Source: Eledone cirrhosa (lineage: Eukaryota). From it: a DNA stretch of 64,000 bases. The stretch covers positions 13,516,001 through 13,580,000 of the forward strand of contig OZ024756.1 of the NCBI GenBank assembly GCA_964016885.1. Reading direction: 5' to 3'. This document shows positions 28,057-40,778 of this stretch, piece after piece. The first letter of the stretch is position 1. Each line of letters opens with the position of its first letter. The position numbers and the translations under genes are program-made. Under the pieces are notes generated by a model, which was given only the letters and a program-made list of their open reading frames with translations, was not told the DNA's origin and did not search any database.

Positions 28057-28636
28057 ATATGATAAAATGGGGAGAAAAATACTGCTGGTAGCACATGGAT
28101 AACATGTAATAAAATAAGTCCCTCATCAGTGATTTGCCGACGATCATAGATATTTCATTGCATTAAAAATCATATACCTCACGTCGGTGCAATAATAACT
28201 AAATTAAGTTATTAGGACAATTAAAACGCGTAAAGCGAGTGAGACAAGATAACAAAGAGTAGAGCTAACCGTAGAAGGAAGGAAACAAGCTTCATAGTTA
28301 TTCTGTTAGCATAAGCTAGGTGAATATATGAGCGCTTAGAAAAAAGACCTTTCGCGAACGAATGCAATGTGAGAAAGAGAGAAATTGCTTTCGTCGCGAA
28401 CGGGGTGAAGTGAGGAGAGGAGAAACAGTGAGTGAGTGAGTGGAAGTGTGAGGAAGAGTTAACTGACATGACAGAGGGGGCGAAAGAAAGTAGGAGAAAC
28501 AGAGAGAATGAGGGAGCAGTAAGAGAGAGAGAAAAAAACAGAATCGCAGTTTAGGTAAATATATGTGATAAAATGGGGAGCAAAATACTGCTGGTAGCAC
28601 ATGGATAACATGTAATAAAATAAGTCCCTCATCAGT
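28057..28636 (-). mobile_element. ~580-bp non-coding element with ~72-bp direct terminal repeats (pseudo-LTR-like); relatives at 18478-18650 and 19270-19780
   Basis: tgataaaatggggag...taagtccctcatcagt occurs at both ends; it contains CTGATGA on the minus strand; the right end abuts TA. Confidence 0.65.
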
Positions 28637-28827
28637 ATATATATACAATACATAAACAGAGAAAGCCTTAAGCGATACTCCAACCAACTCCATCTTACTC
28701 AACAAACATTAGGATATACCTAAGTATTATCCCAATTTAGTGTTTGGGGTGCTAACTAATCAGTATTTCGTCGATAGCTGGTTGTATTATTTTATATGAG
28801 ACATTATTAAATAAATATCTCTTTCCT

Positions 28828-28951
28828 TCCAGACGGCCGTTTCGTTATAAGATTTCTACAATTTGGGATAAATAATTTCCAGGTTATGTAGAAACTTGTA
28901 TATAATCCATAGTTTTATACACAAGCGGGCTCTTATAAACTCATCAGTGGA
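28828..28951 (-). ncRNA. Hammerhead ribozyme with a ~95-nt stem II domain
   Basis: Minus strand: tcca-CTGATGA-gtttataaga...tcttataac-GAAA-cggccGTC-tgga; palindromic stem III ACGGCCGT and GUC triplet. Confidence 0.75.
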
Positions 28952-29155
28952 TGCCCAAATAATATCGATATAAGAATTATATCGACATTAATAGATTAGT
29001 GATGGTCTCCCTCAGCGCTAAGAAGAGACTGGTAGATTAGAAAATCCAGCAGTTCTCCCAAAGATAAAATACACGCTGTCCCCAAAAGGGTAAAGGGAGG
29101 TCATCTTAAAATAAAACAATATACACGCTGGTCATTTAAACCTGTTAGGTATTAA

Positions 29156-29245
<90 letters not shown>

Positions 29246-29274
29246 TAGATATGTGTATGTATGTATGTCAGGTC

Positions 29275-29994
29275 ACCAGTTGGTGCTACTGGTAACATGT
29301 ATCCCAGTACAACCTGTCCCATGGTCGGGTCGTTGGCGACTAAACTGGCAACCCCACCAAGGTTTCTTGGTGAGGAGGGTGACTTTGGACATCCTGCAGG
29401 ACTAAAAACAAAACCTGTCAAAGGGCAAAGGAGCTCTTAAGAGTCAATGGCCATCCAAAATCACCGGGAGAGATGACCCCTTAGCCTTTGTCAAGGCAGA
29501 ATTCTAGGAGAAGGAAAACTCTGATATAACACCTGCAACCCTGATGGTATCCAATGATGTTGACTTGTTCTTCTTTTTGGTAAATATCATCTTGGTTAAG
29601 AGAGTGGGACTGGCTTTGTGCAGTGCCTTTGCTCACTATAAAAGCTTCACGGCACAGGCATTGCTTTATATCTGGAGATCTCTGCATTTGTCATCACAGG
29701 GTACATGTATGTAAAATCTAAAGTCTGTCTTAAGCCAGTAGGCTCATTTGGCCGGTGCTTATAGCGATTCCATGGCGTGAAGCGACAGAGAGTATAAGAC
29801 ACCCCACCCCCACCCTGGACAGGAGGCCAGTCCGTCGAAGAGTTAAACCCCATCTATTGCTGGTTCTCATTTTCAGCTGAGTATACTGGAGCTACGTGAA
29901 ATGAAGTGTTTTTCTCAACACAACACGCAACCCAGGAGTCGAACCCACGACATTATGATCGTAAGTCCAACACTCTTACCACTAGGCCACGTGC

Positions 29995-30057
<63 letters not shown>

Positions 30058-30296
30058 TGTGTGTGTGATGACCGCTTAGCCTTTGTCAAGGCAGAATTCT
30101 AGGAGAAGGAAAACTCTGATGTAACACCTGCAACCCTGATGGTATCCAATGATGTTGACTTGTTTTTCTTTTTGGTAAATATCATCTTGGTTAAGAGAGT
30201 GGGACTGGCTTTGTGCAGTGCCTTTGCTCACTATAAAAGCTTCACGGCACAGGCATTGCTTTATATCTGGAGATCTCCCTGCACTTGTCGTCACAT
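29275..30296 (+). mobile_element. RTE-like 5' region whose ~200-bp segment is duplicated (29480-29685 and 30075-30280) around a family-2 SINE (29720-29997, minus strand)
   Basis: Near-identical cttagcctttgtcaagg...AGGAGAAGGAAAACTCTGAT... repeats; SINE B box GGTTCGACTCC on the minus strand. Confidence 0.6.
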
Positions 30297-30590
30297 GGTA
30301 CCATGGGCCCAGTACTATGTGTCAATAATTGTCACAAGTGTAGTGTTTGTACCAGAGTTTTGAAGTCGCTGGCTCGACTAAAAAGTCACACTCGTTCAGC
30401 GCATCGGTAGGGGTTCTCCTACATGGATATAAAGTAGTGGCCGTACTCGAAAACGAGTTGGCAGCCACCATATATGTATGTATGTATGCCTATATGTGTG
30501 TGTATGTATGTATGTATGTATGTATGTATGTATGTATGTATGTATGTATGTATGTATGTATGTATGTATGTATGTATGCTTATGTGTGTG

Positions 30591-30622
<32 letters not shown>

Positions 30623-30837
30623 TGTATGTATGCATGTATATATGCTTATGTGTGTGTGTGTATATGTATGTATGTGTGTATGTATGTATGCATGTGTCTA
30701 TATGTGTGTGTGTATATGTATGTGTGTGTGTATGTATGTATGCCGGTAGTTATGTATTATGTATGTGTGTAAGTGTTATGTGTGTATGTATGCGTTTATG
30801 TGTGTGTGCAATCACCACAGCAGACCACCATAACATT

Positions 30838-30894
<57 letters not shown>

Positions 30895-30929
30895 AGCAAC
30901 AACAACAACAGCAGCAGCAGCAACGGCAA

Positions 30930-30960
<31 letters not shown>

Positions 30961-31394
30961 AGCAGCAGCAGCAGCAACAACAACAACAGCAACAGCAACA
31001 AAAACAACAACAACAGCAACAACAGCAGCAGCAACAACAACAACAGCAGCAGCAACAACAACAACAGCAGCAGCAACAATAACAACAGCAGCAGCAGCAG
31101 CAATAACAGCAGCAAGCAAAACAGCAGCAACAGCAGCAGCAGTATGAGAAACTGCAATATCCATAATTTGTAGCAGCACCAACTCCATTAACAGCAACAA
31201 CAGCAGCAACAGCAACGGCAGCAACAGCAGCAGCAACAGCAGCAGCAACAGCAGCAGCAACAGCAGCAACAGAAACGGCAGCAACAGCAGCAGCAACAGC
31301 AACGGCAGCAACAGCAGCAGCAACAGCAGCAGCAACAGCAGCAACAACAGCAACAACAACAACAACAACAACAACAGCAGCAGCAGCAACAACA

Positions 31395-31426
<32 letters not shown>

Positions 31427-31481
31427 AGCAACAGCAGCAACAACAGCAACAACAACAACACCAGCAGCAGCAACAACAACA

Positions 31482-31513
<32 letters not shown>

Positions 31514-31655
31514 ACAGCAGCAGCAAGCAAGACAGCAGCAACAGTAGCAGCAGTATGAGAAACTGCAATATCCATAATTTGTAGCAGCACCAACTCCATT
31601 AACAGCAACAGCAGCAGCAACAGCAGCAGCACGGCAGCAACAGCAGCAGCAACGA

Positions 31656-31687
<32 letters not shown>

Positions 31688-32057
31688 GCAACAACAGCAG
31701 CAGCAGCAATGGCAATAGCAGCAACAGCAGCAACGGCAACAGCAGCAACAGCAGCAGCAACAGCAACAACGGCAGCAGCAGCAACGACGGCAGCAACAGC
31801 AGCAGCAGCAGCAACGGCAGCAGCAAGGGACAGTATCACCGCTAAGTGTCTGTAACACAACTACCACAACAATATTGCTAACACATTCCAGGAAACTACG
31901 ACAACAACAACAACAACAACGAGAACAACAGATGCAGCAACAGATGCAGCAACAGATGCAGCAACAGTAAGAGATGTAAGCCCAGCAACAGGTGTAACAG
32001 CAGCAAAATGGTGCAGCATTAAGCAGCTACATCAGCTACAACAATTCTAACAAACCT

Positions 32058-32094
<37 letters not shown>

Positions 32095-32223
32095 CGAGAA
32101 CAACAACAGATGCAGCAACAGATGCAGCAACAGTAAGAGATGTAAGCCCAGCAACAGGTGTAACAGCAGCAAAATAGTGCAGCATTAAGCAGCTACATCA
32201 GCTACAACAATTCTAACAAACCT

Positions 32224-32269
<46 letters not shown>

Positions 32270-32404
32270 CGAGAATAACAACAGATGCAGCAACAGATGC
32301 AGCAACAGATGCAGCAACAGTAAGAGATGTAACAGCAGCAACAGGTGTAACAGCAGCAAAATAGTGCAGCATTAAGCAGCTACATCAGCTACAACAATTC
32401 TAAC
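30838..32404 (+). repeat. (CAG/CAA)n block with a repeated 50-bp anchor, followed by three ~170-bp tandem units (about 31900-32404)
   Basis: Anchor agtatgagaaactgcaatatccataatttgtagcagcaccaactccattaac at 31141 and 31552, and also at 26031. Confidence 0.85.
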
Positions 32405-32685
32405 AACATCATCGGAAGAAACAGTTGCCAGAAGATGAGTAGTGGTGTGAGTAAGCCATGCTTTAAATAAGAGTGGCGACAGAGGGGGAAAAAAAAGCAG
32501 CATTTGATTTGTAAGACATGTTGTGGGAAGCAATTTTGACCAGCAGAACAAGGAGAGGCGCTCGTTGCGATAGATTTCTTTAAAAGAATCATCCATGTTT
32601 ACAAAGTTATTGTTGTCACAAATGATTGGATTATTGGGGATTAACTATAAACATAAATAAATATATTATACACATATATATATAC

Positions 32686-32717
<32 letters not shown>

Positions 32718-32759
32718 TTATACATTTATACACACACACACACACACGCGCGCACGCAC

Positions 32760-32802
<43 letters not shown>

Positions 32803-32803
32803 A

Positions 32804-32836
<33 letters not shown>

Positions 32837-32846
32837 CCTTAACATA

Positions 32847-32893
<47 letters not shown>

Positions 32894-32896
32894 CAC

Positions 32897-32934
<38 letters not shown>

Positions 32935-32951
32935 CTTAACATAATATATAG

Positions 32952-33005
<54 letters not shown>

Positions 33006-33070
33006 CACCTTAACATAATATATAGTATATATATATATACACACACACACGCACATATATATATACCTTA

Positions 33071-33113
<43 letters not shown>

Positions 33114-33408
33114 CACCTTAACATAATATATAGTATATATATATATACACACACACACACATATATATATATATAATATTATATTATATGACTTTGCCTT
33201 TCATCCTTACGGGGTCGATAAAATAAAGTACCAGTAATACACTGGGTGATTGCTGGCCTTGTGCCTAACATAGAAACAATTATATTATAGAGTAAAATGA
33301 CAGGAGTAAAAGAAAACAGGTGGAACCCCTTCACGGTTAACATTGCGGAGTGACCAATTCTATCCAATGGTGAACCACCAAATTTAAACGTATATATACA
33401 CCTATATA

Positions 33409-33440
<32 letters not shown>

Positions 33441-33656
33441 CTGGCGCACGCACACACACACACACGCACACATATATATACTGACACACACACCAGTTTT
33501 GCTGCCGTATTACAGAAGTTTCAAGTGTTGTGTGGGGGTTTCTTTCCATTTTTAATCCGGGAGGAATTTTTACGGCTGCTGCTGATTCAGGCGAATGGGG
33601 AACCGTTATGCTTATTGGGACGCTTCGCTGCGAAATGCAATGCATGGTAAGAATTT

Positions 33657-33710
<54 letters not shown>

Positions 33711-34047
33711 GTCTGACAGTTAGTCAGTCTGTTTACCCTCAGCATGTTTACCTGTACACTGCAAAACTCAACCCAGGGTCGGCTGTTATCATTGGCAATA
33801 AGCATATTGCATAATCTGTGGCTGCGGAGGTTCCCTGATTTTTTCCAAGGTCGGTATCCTTCTATTGACATATCTTCACGTATTTCCTCTGTTTCCACTG
33901 TTGTTACTTCGGAAGCACCCTACCCCTCTCTTCTCTATCACTGTTTTGGCAATGGGTCGGCCTCACCCATCAAATGATTTTACACTAGCCTTCCCAAAAT
34001 TTCTGACCTTCTTCTTCAGTAAGAAATTATTATTATTATTATTATTA

Positions 34048-34630
34048 GTATCGGTAGAGGGTCGGACGCCATGCTTTCCAGCATAGTTACGTCCCTTTAC
34101 GATCTGAGTTCAAATCCCGCCGAGGTTGACTTTGCCTTTCATCCTTACGGGGTCGATAAAATAAAGTACTAGTAATGTACTGGTAATTGCTGGCCTTGTG
34201 CCTAAAGTAGAAACAATTATTATTATTATTATTATGAGGTGGATTGGCAGAATCGGTAGAGCGTCTGACACCATCCTTTGCAGTATAGAGTTATGGCCCT
34301 TTAAGTTCTGAGTTCAAATCCCGTCGAGGTTAGCTTTGCTTACCATCCTTACGGGGTCGATGATATAAAGCACCAGTAATGCACTGGGGTCGATTTAATC
34401 GAATTTCCCCTCCCCCATAATTGCTGGCGTTGTGCCTATATAAGAAACCTGGATTGGCAGTATCGGTAGAGGGTCGGACGCCATGCTTTGACGGGTAGAG
34501 TTACGGCCCTTGCCATTCTGAGTTCAAATCCCGCCGAGGTTAACTTTGCCTTTCATCCTTACGGGGTCGATAAAATAAAGCACCAGTAATGCACTGGGGT
34601 AATTGCTGGCCTTGTGCCAAAAGTAGAAAC
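34048..34630 (+). mobile_element. Three head-to-tail family-1 SINEs (plus a partial copy at 33190-33282)
   Basis: A box TGGCAG.ATCGG, B box GAGTTCAAATCC and the shared body. Confidence 0.9.
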
Positions 34631-35191
34631 ATTTATTGTTGTTGATGTTGTTTTTGCTGTTGTTGTTGTTGTTGTTGTTGTTGTTGTCGTAAGGAATCTG
34701 TGGACAATGGCTGCCTCCCACGCAAATACAACACACACACACACACATATATATACACACACATACACATAGAGGCCTCGTTTGTCTTAAATATGTGAGG
34801 GAGACAAACCAACATTTGTTGATTCTTAAAGGGGCATGTTAGTATAGCTTAAGATCCCTTTCCCGGACCCTATCTCATAAGTTAAATTTTACGCTAATTA
34901 AATTTTATATATTCAAATGAAGTTCAGATATAAAAAAATAAGCTTAAAAAGAATTTATTATATCAAATAAACAAAAAATAAAACATAGACATTTGAAAAA
35001 GGGTGTGTGTGTGTGTGTGAGGGGGGTCTAGTTCCCTCTACCCCCCCTGAAACAAAGCCCTTACATATACATATGTATGTTTATGTATGTGTTTATGTAT
35101 GTATATATATGCACGTGTATATATATATATATATATATATATACGTGTGTGCGTGTGCGTTTATATGTATGCATTTTCATATGCATGTGTG

Positions 35192-35236
<45 letters not shown>

Positions 35237-35351
35237 ATATATATATTATATATATATTATATATATATTATATATATATTATATATATATATTATATATA
35301 TATTATATATATATTATATATATATTATATATATATTATATATATATTATA

Positions 35352-35550
<199 letters not shown>

Positions 35551-35551
35551 A

Positions 35552-35668
35552 AGGCGTGTGGCGGAGTGGTTAGAGAATTGGATTTGCAATCGTAAGGTTG
35601 TGAGTTCGATTCCTGGACCAGGCGATGTGTTATGTCCTTGAACACGACACTTTATTTCACGTTGTTCC
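35552..35668 (+). mobile_element. Family-2 SINE, 5' part
   Basis: TGGCGGAGTGG A box and GAGTTCGATTCC B box, followed by ACACTTTATTTCACGTTG. Confidence 0.75.
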
Positions 35669-35772
35669 TTCTACCTGGAGTTGCGACCGATAGATAGTAT
35701 TAGCAATTGGAAAGACCAACGGAAACATTGTTCCCTCGGTCCGATTTGACGAAAGTCGATCGTCCTAATATA

Positions 35773-35815
<43 letters not shown>

Positions 35816-35994
35816 ATGTGTGTGTATCTGCGTGCTCTAAGTTCAAATCTCGTCGAGGTTACCTGACCTAGCATTGCACACAGCAGGACAACTCGTTGAA
35901 CCCATGCTATCGTAGAAAAATGGACGTAAAACGGTGATGAGGATGAAAACACCTGCTTTCGGCTTTTCCAAGGTCAACACAGTAAATGGTCGAC

Positions 35995-37440
35995 ATATGT
36001 AAAAGCTTTCTAAAATGTTTTATCAAACCTCCTTTGATATGCAATGGTGGCAAAATGATCTTTTCTCTGTCAAACAAATTTTTGATAATATAGTTTTCTC
36101 CAAACATGTTTTTTGTCATAGGCCACTGCCTGTCTTCTCATCCAGTGCCTCCACGACCAGTGTACCCACTTCTGCTAGGCCACTGCCTGTCTTCTCATCC
36201 AGTGCCTCCACTGCCAGTGTACCCACTTCTGCTAGGCCACTGCCTGTCTTCTCATCCAGTGCCTCCACTGCCAGTCTACCCACTTCTGCTAGGCCACTGC
36301 CTGTCTTCTCATCCAGTGCCTCCACTGCCAGTGTACCCACTTCTGCTAGGCCACTGCCTGTCTTCTCATCCAGTGCCTCCACTGCCAGTGTACCCACTTC
36401 TGCTAGGCCACTGCCTGTCTTCTCATCCAGTGCCTCCACTGCCAGTGTACCCACTTCTGCTAGGCCACTGCCTGTCTTCTCATCCAGTGCCTCCACTGCC
36501 AGTGTACCCACTTCTGCTAGGCCACTGCCTGTCTTCTCATCCAGTACCTCCACTGCCAGTGTACCCACTTCTGCTAGGCCACTGCCTGTCTTCTCATCCA
36601 GTGCCTCCACGACCAGTGTACCCACTTCTGCTAGGCCACTGCCTGTCTTCTCATCCAGTGCCTCCACGACCAGTGTACCCACTTCTGCTAGGCCACTGCC
36701 TGTCTTCTCATCCAGTGCCTCCACGACCAGTGTACCCACTTCTGCTAGGCCACTGCCTGTCTTCTCATCCAGTGCCTCCACTGCCAGTCTACCCACTTCT
36801 GCTAGGCCACTGCCTGTCTTCTCATCCAGTGCCTCCACTGCCAGTGTACCCACTTCTGCTAGGCCACTGCCTGTCTTCTCATCCAGTGCCTCCACTGCCA
36901 GTGTACCCACTTCTGCTAGGCCACTGCCTGTCTTCTCATCCAGTGCCTCCACTGCCAGTGTACCCACTTCTGCTAGGCCACTGCCTGTCTTCTCATCCAG
37001 TGCCTCCACGACCAGTGTACCCACTTCTGCTAGGTCACTGCCTGTCTTCTCATCCAGTGCCTCCACTGCCAGTGTACCCACTTCTGCTAGGTCACTGCCT
37101 GTCTTCTCATCCAGTGCCTCCACTGCCAGTGTACCCACTTCTGCTAGGCCACTGCCTGTCTTCTCATCCAGTGCCTCCACTGCCAGTGTACCCACTTCTG
37201 CTAGGCCACTGCCTGTCTTCTCATCCAGTGCCTCCACGACCAGTGTACCCACTTCTGCTAGGCCACTGCCTGTCTTCTCATCCAGTGCCTCCACGACCAG
37301 TGTACCCACTTCTGCTAGGCCACTGCCTGTCTTCTCACACAATGTTAAGTTTTAGTTCTATTGTTCCACAGACATGTTTGTGTATTGGCTCTGAGAGACC
37401 AGCGAAGATTTTCACCATCTTCAGAACCACACAGATTATC
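35995..37440 (-). pseudogene. Decayed DNA transposase (Chapaev3-like) interrupted by a minisatellite
   Basis: CVVLKMV...CLWNNRTKT*HCVRRQ/WP before the array and QWPMTKNMFGENYIIKNLFDREKIILPPLHIKGGLIKHF after it, matching the CxWDSR...WP...LPPLHIKLGLMKxFVK motif series. Confidence 0.7.
36119..37337 (+). repeat. 57-bp minisatellite, about 21.4 near-identical copies
   Basis: Unit ggccactgcctgtcttctcatccagtgcctccac(tg/ga)ccagtgtacccacttctgcta. Confidence 0.97.
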
Positions 37441-37551
37441 AATTGCTGGTCTCGGTAAGATATCTGTTCTACGATTAGGGCGACTGTCCTCAGCTCGTCA
37501 CTTATACCAACTGGGATTGATCTTCATCTGTTGCCATTGTATAGATTCATC

Positions 37552-37978
37552 CTAGGAATCTCCCACACAGGACGCGTCACGAACGAGGACATCCGCAAAA
37601 AAGAATCACCCAGCACACGGGTCACTTTGAAGATCTGATAACCACTGTAAAAAGGAGGTAGTTGAGGTGGTATGGGCATGTGACAAGATCGGACTCACTC
37701 CCTAAACAAATTCTCCAAGGAACAGCATGGGGAAAGAGAAGGCGAGACAGACAGACAGACAGAGGAAGCGGTGGGCAGACAACATAGCTGAATGGACAGG
37801 AAAGAACTTGGCCACAACGAAAGCACTCACCCATGACTGCCAGGGATGGAGGCAGTTTGGTGCAGGGTTCAACACTACAGTGTCCCAACGACCCCGAAAA
37901 GGGTTAAGGGACCATGGTGATAATGATGATGATAGAAGAAGAAGAAGAAGAAGAAGAAGAAGAAGAAGAAGAAGAAGG
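37552..37978 (+). mobile_element. 5'-truncated RTE-clade LINE 3' end with a (GAT)/(GAA)n tail
   Basis: LGISHTGRVTNEDIRK...DLITTVKRR*LRWYGHVTRSDSLPKQILQGT...RQRKRWADNIAEWTG. Confidence 0.85.
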
Positions 37979-38347
37979 AGTTTGCTGCTAGAGTTTCTGA
38001 TTCCTTTCTGGAAGAAACATGTGCTAGATGTATGCAACCATTCAGTTAGTACAACTATCAAATTATAAATGTCAGCAGATATAGTTGCTGTGGTCAGTTA
38101 CTGAGATCGTCTGCTTTCTGAAGCTCTTTAACACATCCTCAACTTCCATCTACTACCACGGTCTCATCTTTAAGAAGTGGATAGTTTTACCGATGCTATC
38201 TCACGAGCATTACGGCCCTTTACGTTCAAATCCCACTGAGGTTAGCTTTGTCTTTCATCTTTACCATGACGTAGTCCATGTGTAACCAGTTGGTGTCCAC
38301 TTGAAGAAGAAGAAGAAGAAGAAGAAGAAGAAGAAGAAGAAGAAGAA

Positions 38348-38409
<62 letters not shown>

Positions 38410-38779
38410 AGAAGAAGAAGAATTTAGATTTACGAACAACTCAACACCATTTCAAAAAGACTTAATACAGTTAATACAATGAAGTATTCAATACCTTAAA
38501 AACTAGAGCTCTCTGAGACAAACCAGATGGTGTTTTCTAAATAAGCGACATGAAAATATTCAGACCAAATTTGGTCTAAAATCCCAGACATCAAGAAAAA
38601 ATCAAAGCAATATCACTAGCCGGATAAAACCAGGGATAAGTAATAGATCAAAAATACACAAGGAGCAATGGTTTCTGTAGCGATCTTCCGCATGTGTTTT
38701 TCAGGCACATAATCCAATTAGGGAAAAATACTTGGATCGCTCGTTGTTTTGAACTGTTTCAGTTTCGTCCTGAAATATT

Positions 38780-39862
38780 ATACTAAAATATTCTAGGTAA
38801 AACATTAGCTTTGCCTTTCATACTAAAATATACTAGGTAAAACATTACTTTGTTTTCTATTATTTGTCATAATTAGGGCGCCGGATTGTCAGAATCGGTA
38901 AAGCACCGGACATTATGCTTTACGGCAGAGTTACGGCCCTTTGCGTTTTGAGTTCAAATCCCGCCGAGGTTAGCTTTGCCTTTCATACTAAAATATACTA
39001 GGTAAAACATTAGCTTTGCCTTTCATACTAAAATATACTAGGTAAAACATTACTTTGTTTTCATTACTTTGTTTTCATACTAAAATATACTAGGTAAAAC
39101 ATTACTTTGTTTGCATTACTTTGTTTTCATACTAAAATATACTAGGTAAAACATTACTTTGTTTTCATTACTTTGTTTTCATACTAAAATATACTAGGTA
39201 AAACATTAGCTTTGCCTTTCATACTAAAATATACTAGGTAAAACATTACTTTGTTTTCATTACTTTGTTTTCATACTAAATTATACTAGGTAAAACATTA
39301 CTTTGTTTTCATACTAAAATATACTAGGTAAAACATTACTTTGTTTTCTATTATTTGTCATCATTAGGGCGATGGATTGTCAGAATCGGTAAAGCATCGG
39401 ACATTATGCTTTACGGCAGAGTTACGGCCCTTTGCGTTCTGAGTTCAAATCCCGCCGAGGTTGACTTTGCCTTTCATCCTTACGGGGTCGATAAAATAAA
39501 GCACCAGTAATGCACTGGGGTCAATTTAATCGACTTTCCTCTCCCCTTCAAACTGCTGGCCTTGTGTCTAAAGTAGAAACAATTATTGGTCATCATTTGC
39601 CTTTCGTATTCTTCTACCCCATTGTAGCGACTGGGGTCGATTTAATCGATTGACCCCTCCCTCCAAATTATTGGCTTTGTGTCTAAAGTAGAAACAATTA
39701 TTAAGCACCCATTACACTTTCTAGCATAGTTAAGTCCCTTTACGGTCTGAGTTCAAATCCCATCGAGGTTAACTTTGCCTTTCATCCTTACGGGGTCGAT
39801 AAAATAAAGTACCAGTAATACACTGGGGTAATTGCTGGCCTTCTGCCAAAAGTAGAAACAAC
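38780..39862 (+). repeat. Family-1 SINE copies interleaved with a ~38-bp tandem repeat (catactaaaatatactaggtaaaacatta...)
   Basis: SINEs at about 38878-38985, 39368-39585 and 39720-39862; the tandem unit incorporates the SINE words ttagctttgcctttcat. Confidence 0.8.
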
Positions 39863-39960
39863 TATATATTGTTGTATCATTATATTAAATATTAACATAT
39901 CTATATATTATATATTATTGTATCTATATATTATGTATTATTGTATCTATATATATTATA

Positions 39961-40613
39961 CTAGCCGAATTACCCGCGCTTTGCTGCGTTTCACACATTT
40001 TTTGGGTATGAAAATGATGGTTGATTTTAAATCAGTGATATAATTTATGGAGAAAAACTCTGCATTTCAATATTACTCAATGTAAAATGTAATGCATGAA
40101 AAATTGGAAAACATTACTTTTTGTAATATATCAAATCAAAATTACTTTATTAAATCTTATTCTTATTTTGTTTCTTGTAAATAATTTTTTTCAAAATATC
40201 AATTCAAACCTTTTGTGAATAGGCATCATATCTTGTCATTTACCTATGGTTTAAATTTCATATAAATCGAAGGGAAAACATTTTCAGCAGGAGTTTGTGC
40301 CTCCGGGGAACCCTAATAGGAGGTCTAAACCCCACTAGGGTGTCTTAATATTGAAATTTGCTGAAAGTTTGTGAATAGGCATCATATCTTGTCATTTACC
40401 TACGGTTTAAATTTCATATAAATCGAAGGGAAAACATTTTGAGCGAGGGTTTGTGCCCCCGGGGAACCCTTTGATTAAAATGAAATATACTTATCCAAGT
40501 ACCCTGGGCAATCTAGTTTCAGAATATATATGGTTATGGGGGTCTATCTCCAAAACCATAGGAGGAGTTCGTGAACAAACAAACAAACAGGAATACAACT
40601 TTATATATATAGA
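39961..40613 (-). mobile_element. Non-autonomous Helitron
   Basis: The minus strand starts A|TCTATATATATAAAG and ends CGCAGCAAAGCGCGGG...CTAG|T; there is an internal ~160-bp duplication. Confidence 0.75.
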
Positions 40614-40778
40614 TATTATTGTACGGTGGATTGGTAAGGGGAGGTGGATTGAAAGTATCGGTAAATGGTCGGACAACATGCATTGACGCATAGAGTTACG
40701 GCCCTTGCTATTCTGAGTTCAAATCCCGTCGAGGTTATCTTTGCCTTTCATCCATACGGGGTCGATAAAATAAAATAC

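Noticed and set aside
29295-29352. HDV-like ribozyme in the RTE-like 5' region (ccagt...tcg-ttgg-cga-CTAA-actgg)
   Set aside because: P2, P4 and J4/2 look plausible, but no P1 5' strand or proper P3/L3 could be identified by eye; it needs a descriptor search.
35552-35620. tRNA gene
   Set aside because: A and B boxes are present but the sequence continues into a SINE body and has no convincing acceptor stem.
36015-37458. 400-450 aa repeat proteins
   Set aside because: A consequence of a stop-free 57-bp unit inside a decayed transposase; there is no evidence of gene structure.
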